Position numbers and translations under genes: made by a program. From assembly GCA_046757025.1 (NCBI GenBank), contig JBHHXN010000014.1:1070-65069 (forward strand): a stretch of 64,000 nt of DNA. The letters are read 5' to 3'. The notes below the pieces were generated by a model that did not search any database, had not been told where the DNA came from, and was given only the letters and a program-made list of their open reading frames with translations. The DNA is from a bacterium. Its GTDB lineage: Bacteria > Zhuqueibacterota > Zhuqueibacteria > Oceanimicrobiales > Oceanimicrobiaceae. This document shows, one piece after another, positions 20,028 to 29,692 of this stretch (its first letter is position 1; each line of letters begins with the position of its first letter).

Positions 20028-20101
20028 CCATGCTCAAAAGATAAAATCGGTATATAGAAAAACCCATCGCATTAGATTTAGTAACGATGAATATTTGGTA
20101 A

Positions 20102-22030
20102 TTGAAAAGGAAACCAGAGGTGCACGACGTCAACAAATTACGAAAGACCATTTTGTTCATCGATGATGATCCGGATATGCTGGAAATAGGCGGAATGATC
20201 ATCAACAAAGAGGGGTATCATTACCTCACCGCAGGCAGCGCAGAAGAAGGTCTGGCCACCATCCAGAAGAAACGGCCGGATCTGATCATTCTCGATTACA
20301 TGATGCCGCGGATGAACGGTTATGAGTTTTTCAAGGAGCTGAAACAGAATCCAAAATACAAGGCCGTCAGTGACGTGCCGGTGATTTTGTTAACGGCGGT
20401 GTCGGAAGAAGAAATCGAGCGCAAGGAATTATTTGAGATGGGATTGAGTGCGTTTCTGCTGAAGCCATTTGGAAATCGCGAGCTGTTGAACGTCATCGAC
20501 AACGTGTTTATACTTCACCAGATGAAGTTGAAAAATAAGGAGTTGCAGCAGGAGGTTAAACGCACCGAATACAAATACCAGGATTTGATTGAAAATGCCA
20601 GTGATCTGATCTTTACCCTCGATTTACAGGCCAGGTTTATTTTTATCAACAGACGACTGCCAAACATCATCGGATTTGATCGACAGCAATGGCTGGGTAA
20701 AAAGTTTTACGATCTGATCATGGCCGATGATCGTTCAAATGCCGAACACAATTTGAGGCAAACGCTCAATGGCCGCTCGAGCATCTTTGAAGTGAGAATT
20801 TATTCGGCTAACGGTCGCACTGTGCATTTGTCTGTGAATGTCAATCCCATTTTTGAAAAAGGTCAAATCGTGGGCTGCGTAGGTATTGCCAGAAACATCA
20901 CCGAAAAAAAGCAGCTGGAGATGGAAATTCTTGACCTTAAAAATTTCAACGAAAGCATCATTCAAAGTATGGGTTCGGGTTTGATTACGCTTGATTTGAA
21001 AAACAAGATTACCTCATTCAATAGCAGTGCAGAAGACATTTTAGGGTATTCCGAAAAGGAGGTCGTGGGGAAGTCTTTGGAAGAAATTTTTTCTGAAGAT
21101 AATTGTAAACAGCTATTGCCCATTATTGAAGACCCATCTCAAGGACTCTTGAATCGGGAGATGTCGCTGACGGCCAAGGAAGGCAATACCGTTTATGTGG
21201 GATTTTCGGTGACGCCGAGGTTTGATACCTTGAAGCAGCGGGTTGGGTCCATTATTGCGTTTAAGGATATTACTCAAATCAAGGAAATGCAGGTAGAAGT
21301 ACAGAGAATGGATCGACTGGCTTCCATGGGCGTTTTGGCCTCGGGCATTGCGCATGAAATACGCAATCCGCTGGCCGGAATAAAAACCATCGCGCAGACT
21401 TTAGAGGAAGAAATTGAAATAGAAGATCCACGCCGTGAGTATTTATCGCGAATTGTCAGGCAGGTCAACCGCATGGACGATCTTCTCAAGACCTTTTTTT
21501 CGTACGCAAAGCCCCGTCAACCCAAAAGAAAATATCATCGGTTTCAAGAGATTGTCCAGGAAGTGGTAGCGTTACTCGACAACCGCATTCGCGGTCAATC
21601 GGTTGAATATTCGGAATCGTACCATGCGGATCTGCCGCTGATTTATGTGGATTTTTATCAAATTCAGCAAGTGTTGGTCAATTTATTTTTAAATGCCCTG
21701 GATGCCATGCCGAAGGGTGGTGAATTAAAATTGAATGCGCAGCCCAAAGTCACCACATTGCACAGAGTGGATCGCCGGGGTCGCGCGTTTCCGGTGCAAA
21801 ACAAAAGCGCTCTGTATACGGAGGTCACCCTGCAGGATAGCGGTGAAGGAATCAAACCCGAGCACCTGCCATCCATTTTCAATCCATTTTACACCACGAA
21901 ACCGCAGGGCGCCGGACTGGGTTTATCCATCGTGTACCGAATCATGGCAGAGCACAACGGGGACATTCAAGTAGATAGCTGTGTGAATAATGGAACCACT
22001 TTTAAACTGCTAATGCCGACGGAGGAGTAA
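20102..22030 (+). CDS. Hybrid sensor kinase: N-terminal receiver, two PAS domains, HisKA and HATPase_c (NtrB/AtoS-type H-box)
   Basis: REC signature 'ILFIDDDPDMLE...LIILDYMMPRMNGYEF'. The H-box is 'HEIRNPLAGIKTIAQTL'. The ATP lid is 'GAGLGLSIVYRIMAEHNGDIQVDS'. Confidence 0.85.
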   Translation: MKRKPEVHDVNKLRKTILFIDDDPDMLEIGGMIINKEGYHYLTAGSAEEGLATIQKKRPDLIILDYMMPRMNGYEFFKELKQNPKYKAVSDVPVILLTAVSEEEIERKELFEMGLSAFLLKPFGNRELLNVIDNVFILHQMKLKNKELQQEVKRTEYKYQDLIENASDLIFTLDLQARFIFINRRLPNIIGFDRQQWLGKKFYDLIMADDRSNAEHNLRQTLNGRSSIFEVRIYSANGRTVHLSVNVNPIFEKGQIVGCVGIARNITEKKQLEMEILDLKNFNESIIQSMGSGLITLDLKNKITSFNSSAEDILGYSEKEVVGKSLEEIFSEDNCKQLLPIIEDPSQGLLNREMSLTAKEGNTVYVGFSVTPRFDTLKQRVGSIIAFKDITQIKEMQVEVQRMDRLASMGVLASGIAHEIRNPLAGIKTIAQTLEEEIEIEDPRREYLSRIVRQVNRMDDLLKTFFSYAKPRQPKRKYHRFQEIVQEVVALLDNRIRGQSVEYSESYHADLPLIYVDFYQIQQVLVNLFLNALDAMPKGGELKLNAQPKVTTLHRVDRRGRAFPVQNKSALYTEVTLQDSGEGIKPEHLPSIFNPFYTTKPQGAGLGLSIVYRIMAEHNGDIQVDSCVNNGTTFKLLMPTEE

Positions 22031-22035
22031 AATAG

Positions 22036-23406
22036 ATGACGAAAGCCAACGTGTTAATTGTTGAAGATAATGAAGATTTGTGCCAGACTCTGGCAGATGT
22101 TCTCAGAAAAGAAGGCAAAAAAGTTCGAACGGCTTTTACCGGCGAGCATGCCATCTCGATACTTAAAAAAGACATTATCGATTTGGTGCTGCTGGATATC
22201 AAACTGCCTGATTTTAACGGCATTAAAATTCTCGAAATGGTCAAGGAAATGGATCCCGACATTTCGGTTATCATGATCACCGCTTTGACCGATGCCAAAC
22301 CGGCGGTGGACGCCATGAAAATGGGGGCGTATGATTACTTGATGAAACCATTCGAGTTAGATGAGCTGAAACTGGTGGTGGCGAAAACGCTGGAGACCCA
22401 ACACCTCAAAAGAGAGGTTTCGCGCTTGAAAATCCAGCAGGAAAATCAGTTTCCGGATAACGAGCTGTACGGCAATTCCAAATCCATGCGAGAGCTCAAA
22501 AAACTGATAAAAATTGTGGCGGCCACCCCTAAGACCTCGGTTCTCATTCAAGGCGAAAGCGGCACGGGTAAGGAATTGGTAGCCAACGCCATACACAACT
22601 GGAGCGCCCGCGCCGATAAACCGCTGATTAAAATCAATTGCAGCGCCATTCCGGAAAACTTACTGGAAAGCGAATTGTTCGGTTATGAAAAGGGCGCCTT
22701 CACCGATGCCAAATCGATGAAGAAAGGCATTTTTGAAATGGCTAACGACGGGACCATTTTCCTGGATGAAATCTCCAGCATGCAAATGTCCATTCAACCC
22801 AAATTTTTACGGGTACTGGAAACCCAGTCTTTTCGCCGAATTGGCGGCACCTCCGACATCACCATGGATGTGAGAATCATCGCCGCCACCAATCGCAACC
22901 TGGAAGATTGCGTTGAACAGCAAGCATTTCGGGAAGATTTGTACTATCGACTCAAAGTGATGGTGCTCAACATTCCGGCCTTGCGCGACAGGACCGATGA
23001 TATTTTACCGCTGGCCATGCTCTTTATTGAACGAAGCAATAAAGAGTTTGGCAAAGATGTCAAATCCATTGCCAAAGATGCCACAGAGCGCCTGCTGAAA
23101 TACCGCTGGCCGGGAAACGTTAGAGAGTTAAAAAATGTCATCGAACGAGCGGTCATTTTGTGCAACAGCGAAGAGCTGTCTTCGGAGCATCTGCCCCTGG
23201 AGCTGCAAGACGGCTATTCCAAAATTTCCACTTCCTCCCAGTTTACTTCCTTTTCCAGCGAAGGGGACTCGCTGGAAGAGATGGAACGGCAACATATTAT
23301 TAACATGTTAAAAAAATATAAAGGCAACAAATCGCAAACTGCCCGAATTTTAAACATCTCTCGTTCGACATTGCGTGAAAAAATGAAAGTGTATAAAATA
23401 GCCTGA
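22036..23406 (+). CDS. σ54-dependent transcriptional activator, NtrC family (REC + AAA+ σ54-interaction domain + Fis-type HTH)
   Basis: REC signature 'VLIVEDNEDLCQ'. Walker A 'GESGTGKELVA'. The GAFTGA motif is present as 'GAFTDA'. 'RWPGNVRELKNVIERA' is present. The C-terminal HTH reads 'KGNKSQTARILNISRSTLREKMKVY'. RBS GGAGGAG. Confidence 0.9.
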   Translation: MTKANVLIVEDNEDLCQTLADVLRKEGKKVRTAFTGEHAISILKKDIIDLVLLDIKLPDFNGIKILEMVKEMDPDISVIMITALTDAKPAVDAMKMGAYDYLMKPFELDELKLVVAKTLETQHLKREVSRLKIQQENQFPDNELYGNSKSMRELKKLIKIVAATPKTSVLIQGESGTGKELVANAIHNWSARADKPLIKINCSAIPENLLESELFGYEKGAFTDAKSMKKGIFEMANDGTIFLDEISSMQMSIQPKFLRVLETQSFRRIGGTSDITMDVRIIAATNRNLEDCVEQQAFREDLYYRLKVMVLNIPALRDRTDDILPLAMLFIERSNKEFGKDVKSIAKDATERLLKYRWPGNVRELKNVIERAVILCNSEELSSEHLPLELQDGYSKISTSSQFTSFSSEGDSLEEMERQHIINMLKKYKGNKSQTARILNISRSTLREKMKVYKIA

Positions 23407-23440
23407 CTGGCCGATTTTCGGTCAGTCAGTTCTGTATTCT
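23403..23440 (+). terminator. Hairpin after the NtrC-family gene: weak terminator or attenuator
   Basis: CTGACTGGCCG-ATTTT-CGGTCAGTCAG is an 11-bp stem with one G·U pair. It is followed by TTCTGTATTCTCTC, which is U-rich but interrupted. Confidence 0.4.
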
Positions 23441-23601
23441 CTCTACAAATCCCCTCCCAACATTCATTTTCCACTATTTATTATTCCCTGCCAGGAATTT
23501 AATTTTTCCGCTATTAAGTAAAGGTTTTGCTTTTATATGACGAATACCAATTTGAGGTTCAGGCCTATTAAACTCCGATACGGAATGGCATAAGTACTGG
23601 A

Positions 23602-23616
23602 TGGCACAGGATTTGC
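23602..23616 (+). promoter_or_regulatory. σ54 (RpoN) promoter: TGGCAC-N5-TTGC
   Basis: Exact consensus -24 GG and -12 GC elements with 5-nt spacing, 45 nt upstream of ATG 23661. It lies immediately downstream of the NtrC-family activator gene. Confidence 0.7.
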
Positions 23617-23660
23617 GAAATTTGGCTGAGGGAAAGATTTAATTGGTTGAAGGAGTTTAT

Positions 23661-24329
23661 ATGACTGCCCAAAAGAAAATATTAATTGTGGATGATGAAG
23701 AGGATATCACTTGGGGCATCTCAAAAAGTTTAGACAAGTCGTATTATGGATTAGAAGTCAATTGTGTTCATTCCGGCGATGAAGCCTTGAATTTGATGAA
23801 CTCGAAAACTTTCGATCTGGTGGTGTCTGACATTCGAATGCCCGGTCGGGACGGCATGCAATTGATTCTGGATATTCGAAAACGTTATCCACATACCAAA
23901 GTCATCATCATGACCGCCTACGGATCGCAGCAGGTGAAAGACGAGGTTACCAATCGGGGTGGGTATTTCTACATTGAAAAGCCTTTTGATGTGGGCCACC
24001 TCAAACAAATCATTTTTGATGCTCTGGAAGTGGAGGACAACGGTTTCAAGGGATTTATTGAAAACGCCGGCGTTCGGGAATTGGTTGAGTACAACTGCAT
24101 CAGAAAACGCAATACTATGCTGGAAATTAATCAGGATCAACAGAAGGGGATGATTTATTTTCGAAATGGGGATGTGGTGCATGCTGAATGCGGCGAGCTG
24201 AAGGGAGAACACGCCTTGTTCAATATTCTGAATTGGCAGACCGGCACCTTTAAAATTAACCCTTGTAACTGGAATGTAAATAGAACCATCGCAAGAGACT
24301 GGAAATCCATTTTACATCATTGTATTTAA
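23661..24329 (+). CDS. Response regulator receiver domain fused to a C-terminal DUF4388/PATAN-like domain
   Basis: REC signature 'ILIVDDEEDI...LVVSDIRMPGRDGMQL...KVIIMTAYG'. The C-terminal 'GMIYFRNGDVVHAECGELKGEHALFNILNWQTGTFKI' fits the DUF4388 pattern. RBS AAGGAG 8 nt upstream. Confidence 0.7.
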   Translation: MTAQKKILIVDDEEDITWGISKSLDKSYYGLEVNCVHSGDEALNLMNSKTFDLVVSDIRMPGRDGMQLILDIRKRYPHTKVIIMTAYGSQQVKDEVTNRGGYFYIEKPFDVGHLKQIIFDALEVEDNGFKGFIENAGVRELVEYNCIRKRNTMLEINQDQQKGMIYFRNGDVVHAECGELKGEHALFNILNWQTGTFKINPCNWNVNRTIARDWKSILHHCI

Positions 24330-24360
24330 GAAATTCGTTTGAATTAATGAGGATTTGCTA

Positions 24361-25182
24361 ATGGGTGAAATAATAGCCATATCCAGCCAGAAAGGCGGCG
24401 TCGGAAAAACCACCACTGCCGTGAATTTGAGCGCCAGTTTGGTTACCCTCGGTCATCGCGTGCTTTTGATCGATATCGACCCGCAAGGTAGCATCGCCTT
24501 GACTTTTGGCTATGGTCGATATGATATCAAAGCGGGTATTCTGGATGTTTTCACCCGGAATTTACCCATGAGCCAGGCCGTACATGAAACGGGGATGCCA
24601 AATTTTGATTTTATCCCCACTAACCTCTGGTCAGATGAAAACGATAAACGCAAACTTATTGGTGTGGCTGGCAAAATAAAATTGAAAGAGGCCATCGCTC
24701 CCATCATGGACTTGTACGATTTCATCATTATCGATTGTCCGCCGTCATTGGGTAATCTCACTTTCAATGCGCTGGTGGCGGCCAACTCACTCATTGTCCC
24801 GATTCAATGTGAATATTATGCCTTAAAATCGCTGGGCCGATTTCTTAAGCTGACGCGGGTTATTAAAAATGACAGCAATCCGGATTTGAAATACCGGGGC
24901 TTTCTTTTAACCATGGTAGATCAGAGAAACAATCTTTCGAAAATTGTGATCGAAAAGATTCGATACACGCTTCAGGGGCTGGTGTTCGATACCATGATTC
25001 CGCGCAATGTGCGGCTGGCGGAAGTACCATACTACGGTAAACCGGTGATCAAAATCGATAAAAATTGTAAAGGCGCTACCAGTTACCTCAATTTAGCCAA
25101 AGAGTTGTTAGGTCAATTTCACACGGTGACCAAAGTTGAAAATGAGAAGGAAAAGAAAACAGAATTGGTGGAAGCAGCTTAA
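24361..25182 (+). CDS. ParA/Soj-family P-loop ATPase (deviant Walker A)
   Basis: 'IIAISSQKGGVGKTTTAVNLSASL' and 'LLIDIDPQGS' are ParA/Soj-type, not MinD-type. Confidence 0.85.
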   Translation: MGEIIAISSQKGGVGKTTTAVNLSASLVTLGHRVLLIDIDPQGSIALTFGYGRYDIKAGILDVFTRNLPMSQAVHETGMPNFDFIPTNLWSDENDKRKLIGVAGKIKLKEAIAPIMDLYDFIIIDCPPSLGNLTFNALVAANSLIVPIQCEYYALKSLGRFLKLTRVIKNDSNPDLKYRGFLLTMVDQRNNLSKIVIEKIRYTLQGLVFDTMIPRNVRLAEVPYYGKPVIKIDKNCKGATSYLNLAKELLGQFHTVTKVENEKEKKTELVEAA

Positions 25183-25251
25183 AATGAGATGACGAAATTT
25201 TTAACGGTGGAACAATTTATGTGAACAATTGATTGGAGGAGGTGGCCTATT

Positions 25252-25956
25252 TTGAATTCAACAACACTCATTCGATGGCTTAACAACGGGCTGTTTGTAG
25301 GATTGATGGCGCTGATGTTCATTTCCATGATCAATTTTTCTTCAAACGCCTTGACCACGGTGCAAGAAGAAGAAAGAATCACCGAATTGCGTACGTTTGT
25401 GCCGGAGATTCACGGCGTTTTGCACGCCAATCAAATGCGTTTGAAAAAGGTCACTGAAATTTATCAAATCATGAACAAATACAATCGCAATTTGCAACAG
25501 CCACAAAAATACGACATCGCCAACGAAATATACGAAATGAGTTTGAAATACCAGAATCTCGATGTGCTTTTGATATGCGCAACCATCACACACGAAAGTG
25601 CGCGTACCTGGCGCCGGGACGTCAAATCCCCGGCCGGCGCGCTGGGGTTGATGCAGATCATGCCGTATACCGGCCAGGTGTTAAGTAAGCTGGAAGGCAT
25701 TCCCTGGACCACGCCGGAAGAGGTTCTGTATAATCCCGTTTATAATATTCGGCTGGGATGTCGTTACCTTTCCTCTTTGATCGAAATGTACAATTTGGAT
25801 GGGGGGCTGGCTGCTTACAATGGCGGAGAAAAGCGCGCAGCAAAATGGCTGGCAAGCGGCCGCGATGATGAAATCCTGTATGAAGAAACCCGACTGTACA
25901 TTCCTGCCGTGTTGAAACTGTACGATGTATTCCGGAATAAAACCCTTTCACTTTAA
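25252..25956 (+). CDS. Membrane-anchored lytic transglycosylase (SLT domain)
   Basis: N-terminal TM helix. SLT motifs 'THESARTW' (catalytic Glu-Ser), 'GALGLMQIMPYTG' and 'AYNGG' are present. TTG start with a GGAGGAGG RBS. Confidence 0.75.
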   Translation: MNSTTLIRWLNNGLFVGLMALMFISMINFSSNALTTVQEEERITELRTFVPEIHGVLHANQMRLKKVTEIYQIMNKYNRNLQQPQKYDIANEIYEMSLKYQNLDVLLICATITHESARTWRRDVKSPAGALGLMQIMPYTGQVLSKLEGIPWTTPEEVLYNPVYNIRLGCRYLSSLIEMYNLDGGLAAYNGGEKRAAKWLASGRDDEILYEETRLYIPAVLKLYDVFRNKTLSL

Positions 25957-25974
25957 TTTAGATGCAATATTATT

Positions 25975-27903
25975 ATGCAAAGTGTTCAAAATATATTATC
26001 CGATACCGAGTTCAATCATGAATTAATCAATCGATTTTTTCATACGAACAGTTATTTTTATCGATGCCTTGAAAAAATAATTCAGCAACGAAAAAATAAC
26101 CGCAATCCTTCGAGCAAGCTGTTTAAAGAGCTTTTGGATAAATTGGTCGATTCGGATGATAAATTGGAAATGATTTCCTCCCTCTCGAAGATTGCGGGAT
26201 TTGACCAATTTGTCGAGAAATTAAATCAAGGGATAGGCTTGCTTCGGGATTCGGATCTGGATCTGGAACAGATGAAAATTGAAATCGAGAAACTGGCGCA
26301 AAATTTATTTAAGTGTGCCGACAAGGCGTTCGAAAACACGCAGGCAATAACTGCGGTGGAAGAAATGTTGAGCATTTCAAAATCGGACATTGAAATGATT
26401 CAATATCGGGAGTCAAGCTATCCAGAAAAGAATGGACCGGACGTTTTAACCATCGATGAAAGTCAAAAGATAGAAGAGACCGTTGTATTCACAGAGTCGC
26501 CTTCTCATGAGCCTGGTACAGCCAAACCTGAACTAAATCTGGATTCTTACGAAGACACTCCAGTGCAAAAATCGGAAGAAAAGGATGTCACTTTTAATCA
26601 AAAAGATGGCACGGAAGCCATTGATGAAGGTGGATGCGAGTTCAGAATAGATGAAGAAGGCGACTCTGTGAGTACAACTTTTTCCCATAGAGCTCTTTCG
26701 CAACCCATCAACAGTGAGCCAGAGAGCGTGGTCACGGTTTTTCAAAAAGAGACCCAAAATCAAATCGAGCAAATTCAACAAACGATTGACTCGTTAAAGA
26801 CCGACTTGAAAAATGCCAAGCAGTGGCGTGGTTGTGAGGACATATTCGAAAAGATGGCTGCCAACGCCATGGTTTACGGTTTTGATGCGTTTGAACAAAT
26901 TGCTGCCAAAGCCAATGTGTTGGTGAAAGTGGCTCTGATTAAGCTGGATATTTTACCGGCGACGATTCTGGATTTGCTCTCAGAAATAAAGGACGTTTTA
27001 CAATCTATTCTCAACAGCGATGTGGATCGAATAGAAAAAAAACAGGTAGATAGGCTTTTGCATAAATTGCAAAATCCAAAAAAATATTTTGAAAATGTCA
27101 GCCTGAATCCGGAAGAAAATCTTAACAAATACATAAAAAAAAACTCTCGAGAAACTACGCTAACTGAGGGTGCCGCTGAAAACGGTGACTCAGTAGCCTT
27201 GGATGAAGTTCAAACCCCTATCGATAACGAAAATTCAGAGCGTACGCCGGTAAATTTCACATTACCAGGCGAAGATGACGAAGAAATCCTCAGTCTGGTT
27301 TCTGAAATTTCAAACCACTACGATGTGGGAAATAATTGTCAAACCCAAGCTGTCCAGTCGGACACAGTAACAGCCTCAGAATTCAACCTAAAAAAAAAGC
27401 CGTTAAAAATAAACGAAGTTGAATCCGCCAAAAACGGAGTCACTGTTGTCGCGGATCAGCAGCTCTGTCTATTCAAGCAGCAAGCAGAATTTTATTATTC
27501 CGTAATTGAGGAAGCGTTAACTAAACTTCAAAGCACGCCAAATGACCAAAACGCACTGGAAGACCTGGAGCTGGCGTCAAATTCACTTTATGGTCTGACA
27601 CTGAAGCTGAAATTAGAACCCCTGAGTAAATTTCCGGCTGGCATCGAAGAGCTCATCGGTAACGTCCTAACCACCAATGCCAGTCTTACCACGGATGATT
27701 ACCGACTGATCCGGGAAGTTTATGCGAATTTTAAAGAATTTACCTGTCTGGAAGATTCGGAATCTCGTCATTGTAAAGAGCTCATAAGTTCTGTAAACCG
27801 ACTCAACTCAGCTATAAGCACGCGAGCGATGACAAAAAACAAGCAAGAAAATATTTTTAAAATCACCAGAAACGATATGGAAGGAAATTTACTGATTGTG
27901 TAA
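25975..27903 (+). CDS. Acidic 642-aa hypothetical protein with three degenerate HPt/CheA-P1-like helix-hairpin repeats and long low-complexity acidic linkers. Candidate scaffold.
   Basis: Repeats at 'LSKIAGFDQFVEKLNQGIGLL', 'FEKMAANAMVYGFDAFEQIAAKANVLVKV' and 'LELASNSLYGLTLKLKLEPL'. The regions between them are rich in E/D/S/T. Confidence 0.6.
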   Translation: MQSVQNILSDTEFNHELINRFFHTNSYFYRCLEKIIQQRKNNRNPSSKLFKELLDKLVDSDDKLEMISSLSKIAGFDQFVEKLNQGIGLLRDSDLDLEQMKIEIEKLAQNLFKCADKAFENTQAITAVEEMLSISKSDIEMIQYRESSYPEKNGPDVLTIDESQKIEETVVFTESPSHEPGTAKPELNLDSYEDTPVQKSEEKDVTFNQKDGTEAIDEGGCEFRIDEEGDSVSTTFSHRALSQPINSEPESVVTVFQKETQNQIEQIQQTIDSLKTDLKNAKQWRGCEDIFEKMAANAMVYGFDAFEQIAAKANVLVKVALIKLDILPATILDLLSEIKDVLQSILNSDVDRIEKKQVDRLLHKLQNPKKYFENVSLNPEENLNKYIKKNSRETTLTEGAAENGDSVALDEVQTPIDNENSERTPVNFTLPGEDDEEILSLVSEISNHYDVGNNCQTQAVQSDTVTASEFNLKKKPLKINEVESAKNGVTVVADQQLCLFKQQAEFYYSVIEEALTKLQSTPNDQNALEDLELASNSLYGLTLKLKLEPLSKFPAGIEELIGNVLTTNASLTTDDYRLIREVYANFKEFTCLEDSESRHCKELISSVNRLNSAISTRAMTKNKQENIFKITRNDMEGNLLIV

Positions 27904-27980
27904 AATGGTTTCCTCTGGAAAGTTTGTTTGAGTTTTTAATTTATTTGAGATTTCGATTACAAAAATAGGTTGATAAGAAG

Positions 27981-29675
27981 ATGGCTGCTCATAACGTTGA
28001 AATAGACCAACAATTGGAAGACGTGTTAAAATCGCACAAGACAAAAATTCGCATCGTCGGCATCGGTGGTGGGGGTAATAATACCGTTACCCGTTTGCTG
28101 GAAGTGGGGATCAAAGGCGTAGAGGTGATTGCGGTGAACACCGATGCCCAGGATTTGCTGTTCGCCAAAGCCGATCACAAAATATTGATCGGCAAGAACG
28201 TCACCAGCGGTTTAGGTGCGGGTAGCGATCCGGTGAAAGGGGCGGAGTCCGCACAGGAGAGCCTCAAAGAAATTGAGGGTTTGCTGAATGACAGCGACAT
28301 GGTGTTCGTGACCTGCGGGCTGGGTGGAGGGACTGGCACTGGCGCTTCACCGGTGCTTGCGGAAGTGGCCAAAATGAACGGTGCTTTGACTATCGCTATT
28401 GTCACCCTGCCGTTTGGCGATGAGGGCATCGTCCGTTGGGAAAACGCGCAGAGGGGGTTAGAACAATTGCAGCAAAAAGTGGATACCGTGATCGTGGTGC
28501 AAAATGATCGGCTGTTGGATTTGGTGCCGGATATGTCGCTGAACGCCGCTTTCAAAGTTGCTGATGAAATTTTGGTGAACGCGGTCAAAGGCATCACTGA
28601 GCTGGTGACTGAAAAAGGGCTGGTTAATCTCGATTTTGCCGACGTAAAAACCATTATGAAGAACGGCGGCCTGGCCATGATCGGGCTGGGTGAAAGCGAC
28701 CACGAAAACAACGCAGAGGAAGCGGCTCAAAAAGCGCTCAAGAATCCCCTTCTGGATGTGGAGATCACCGGTGCTAAAAACGCGTTGATCAACATCACCG
28801 GCGGACAGGAGCTGTCGCTAAAATCCTCAAAAACAATCATGAAAATCATTTCCGAACGACTGGATCCTTCAGCAAAAATTATCTGGGGCGCCCGTCTGGA
28901 TGAATCCATGGGGCAATCACTTCGCGTGATGCTGATCGTGACCTGTTTGCAATCGAAGCGCCGATCGGCATCCGAAATCGATATGGTAATTCGGCAAACC
29001 GGTCGCAGTGTCTTGCTGCCCATTCAAAAAGAACAAAAAGAGGTGGAAGTGGTAAAGGTTGAGGATGCGGAGCCGTCGGAACAAGTCGAGGCGTCCACAG
29101 GCCCTCAAAAACATCAAGCGAAGCAAGTTTTCTCTGAAATTTTTTTGGAAGATTGTGAAGCAGACATAACTCGGCTGAGGGATGCTGTGAAAGGTTTGGC
29201 AGTCGGTGAAAATTCGCTGAATGAGAAATATTTGCGGGAAATCAAAAGCGCCTGCACCTCATTGTACAACACCGCTGAATTGTTTTCGTATCCGATAATT
29301 TCGGAATTTGCAGAAGTAGCGGGAGAAGTTACGGACAAGGCGTTATCGAGGGAGTTCGATCTGACTGAAAATTTGATTACCATTTATCAGAATATGCCTG
29401 CGGTTTTAGATGGTTTGCTAAAGAAAAAGGAGCACAGCCGGGAGTATGCCGAAGAGATAAAAATACAGTTTACAAATATATTGAAGCTGTTTGAGCAATC
29501 AGAAGGAGGAAATGAGAGGGAATTCGTCGAATCCGAAGTACCTAAAAACGATAATCAAAATAAGCTGGATATATCGGAAGCGGCCGAAATCACTGAGCAA
29601 AAGAAGGATGGGGAGAAAAAACCGGAATTTTCAAATGTCAGAGATGCCGTAAAATACATTGATAAACTGCTATAA
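27981..29675 (+). CDS. FtsZ-family tubulin-like GTPase with a ~230-aa C-terminal extension carrying an HPt-like motif
   Basis: 'IRIVGIGGGGNNTV', 'NTDAQDL', 'CGLGGGTGTGASPVLAEVAK' and a T7-loop 'NLDFADVKTIM' are present. The C-terminal extension contains 'IKSACTSLYNTAELFSYPIISEFAEVAGEV'. The gene is not in a recognisable dcw context. Confidence 0.85.
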   Translation: MAAHNVEIDQQLEDVLKSHKTKIRIVGIGGGGNNTVTRLLEVGIKGVEVIAVNTDAQDLLFAKADHKILIGKNVTSGLGAGSDPVKGAESAQESLKEIEGLLNDSDMVFVTCGLGGGTGTGASPVLAEVAKMNGALTIAIVTLPFGDEGIVRWENAQRGLEQLQQKVDTVIVVQNDRLLDLVPDMSLNAAFKVADEILVNAVKGITELVTEKGLVNLDFADVKTIMKNGGLAMIGLGESDHENNAEEAAQKALKNPLLDVEITGAKNALINITGGQELSLKSSKTIMKIISERLDPSAKIIWGARLDESMGQSLRVMLIVTCLQSKRRSASEIDMVIRQTGRSVLLPIQKEQKEVEVVKVEDAEPSEQVEASTGPQKHQAKQVFSEIFLEDCEADITRLRDAVKGLAVGENSLNEKYLREIKSACTSLYNTAELFSYPIISEFAEVAGEVTDKALSREFDLTENLITIYQNMPAVLDGLLKKKEHSREYAEEIKIQFTNILKLFEQSEGGNEREFVESEVPKNDNQNKLDISEAAEITEQKKDGEKKPEFSNVRDAVKYIDKLL

Positions 29676-29692
29676 TCATTTTCAAAAGAAAC

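Noticed and set aside
27981-29675. Calling this gene simply 'ftsZ' (the canonical cell-division gene)
   Set aside because: Its genomic context (no ftsA/ftsQ/mur genes, σ54 operon with parA-like and SLT genes) and its non-canonical C-terminal tail argue against assuming it is the housekeeping division gene. It is left as an FtsZ-family protein pending a genome-wide check.
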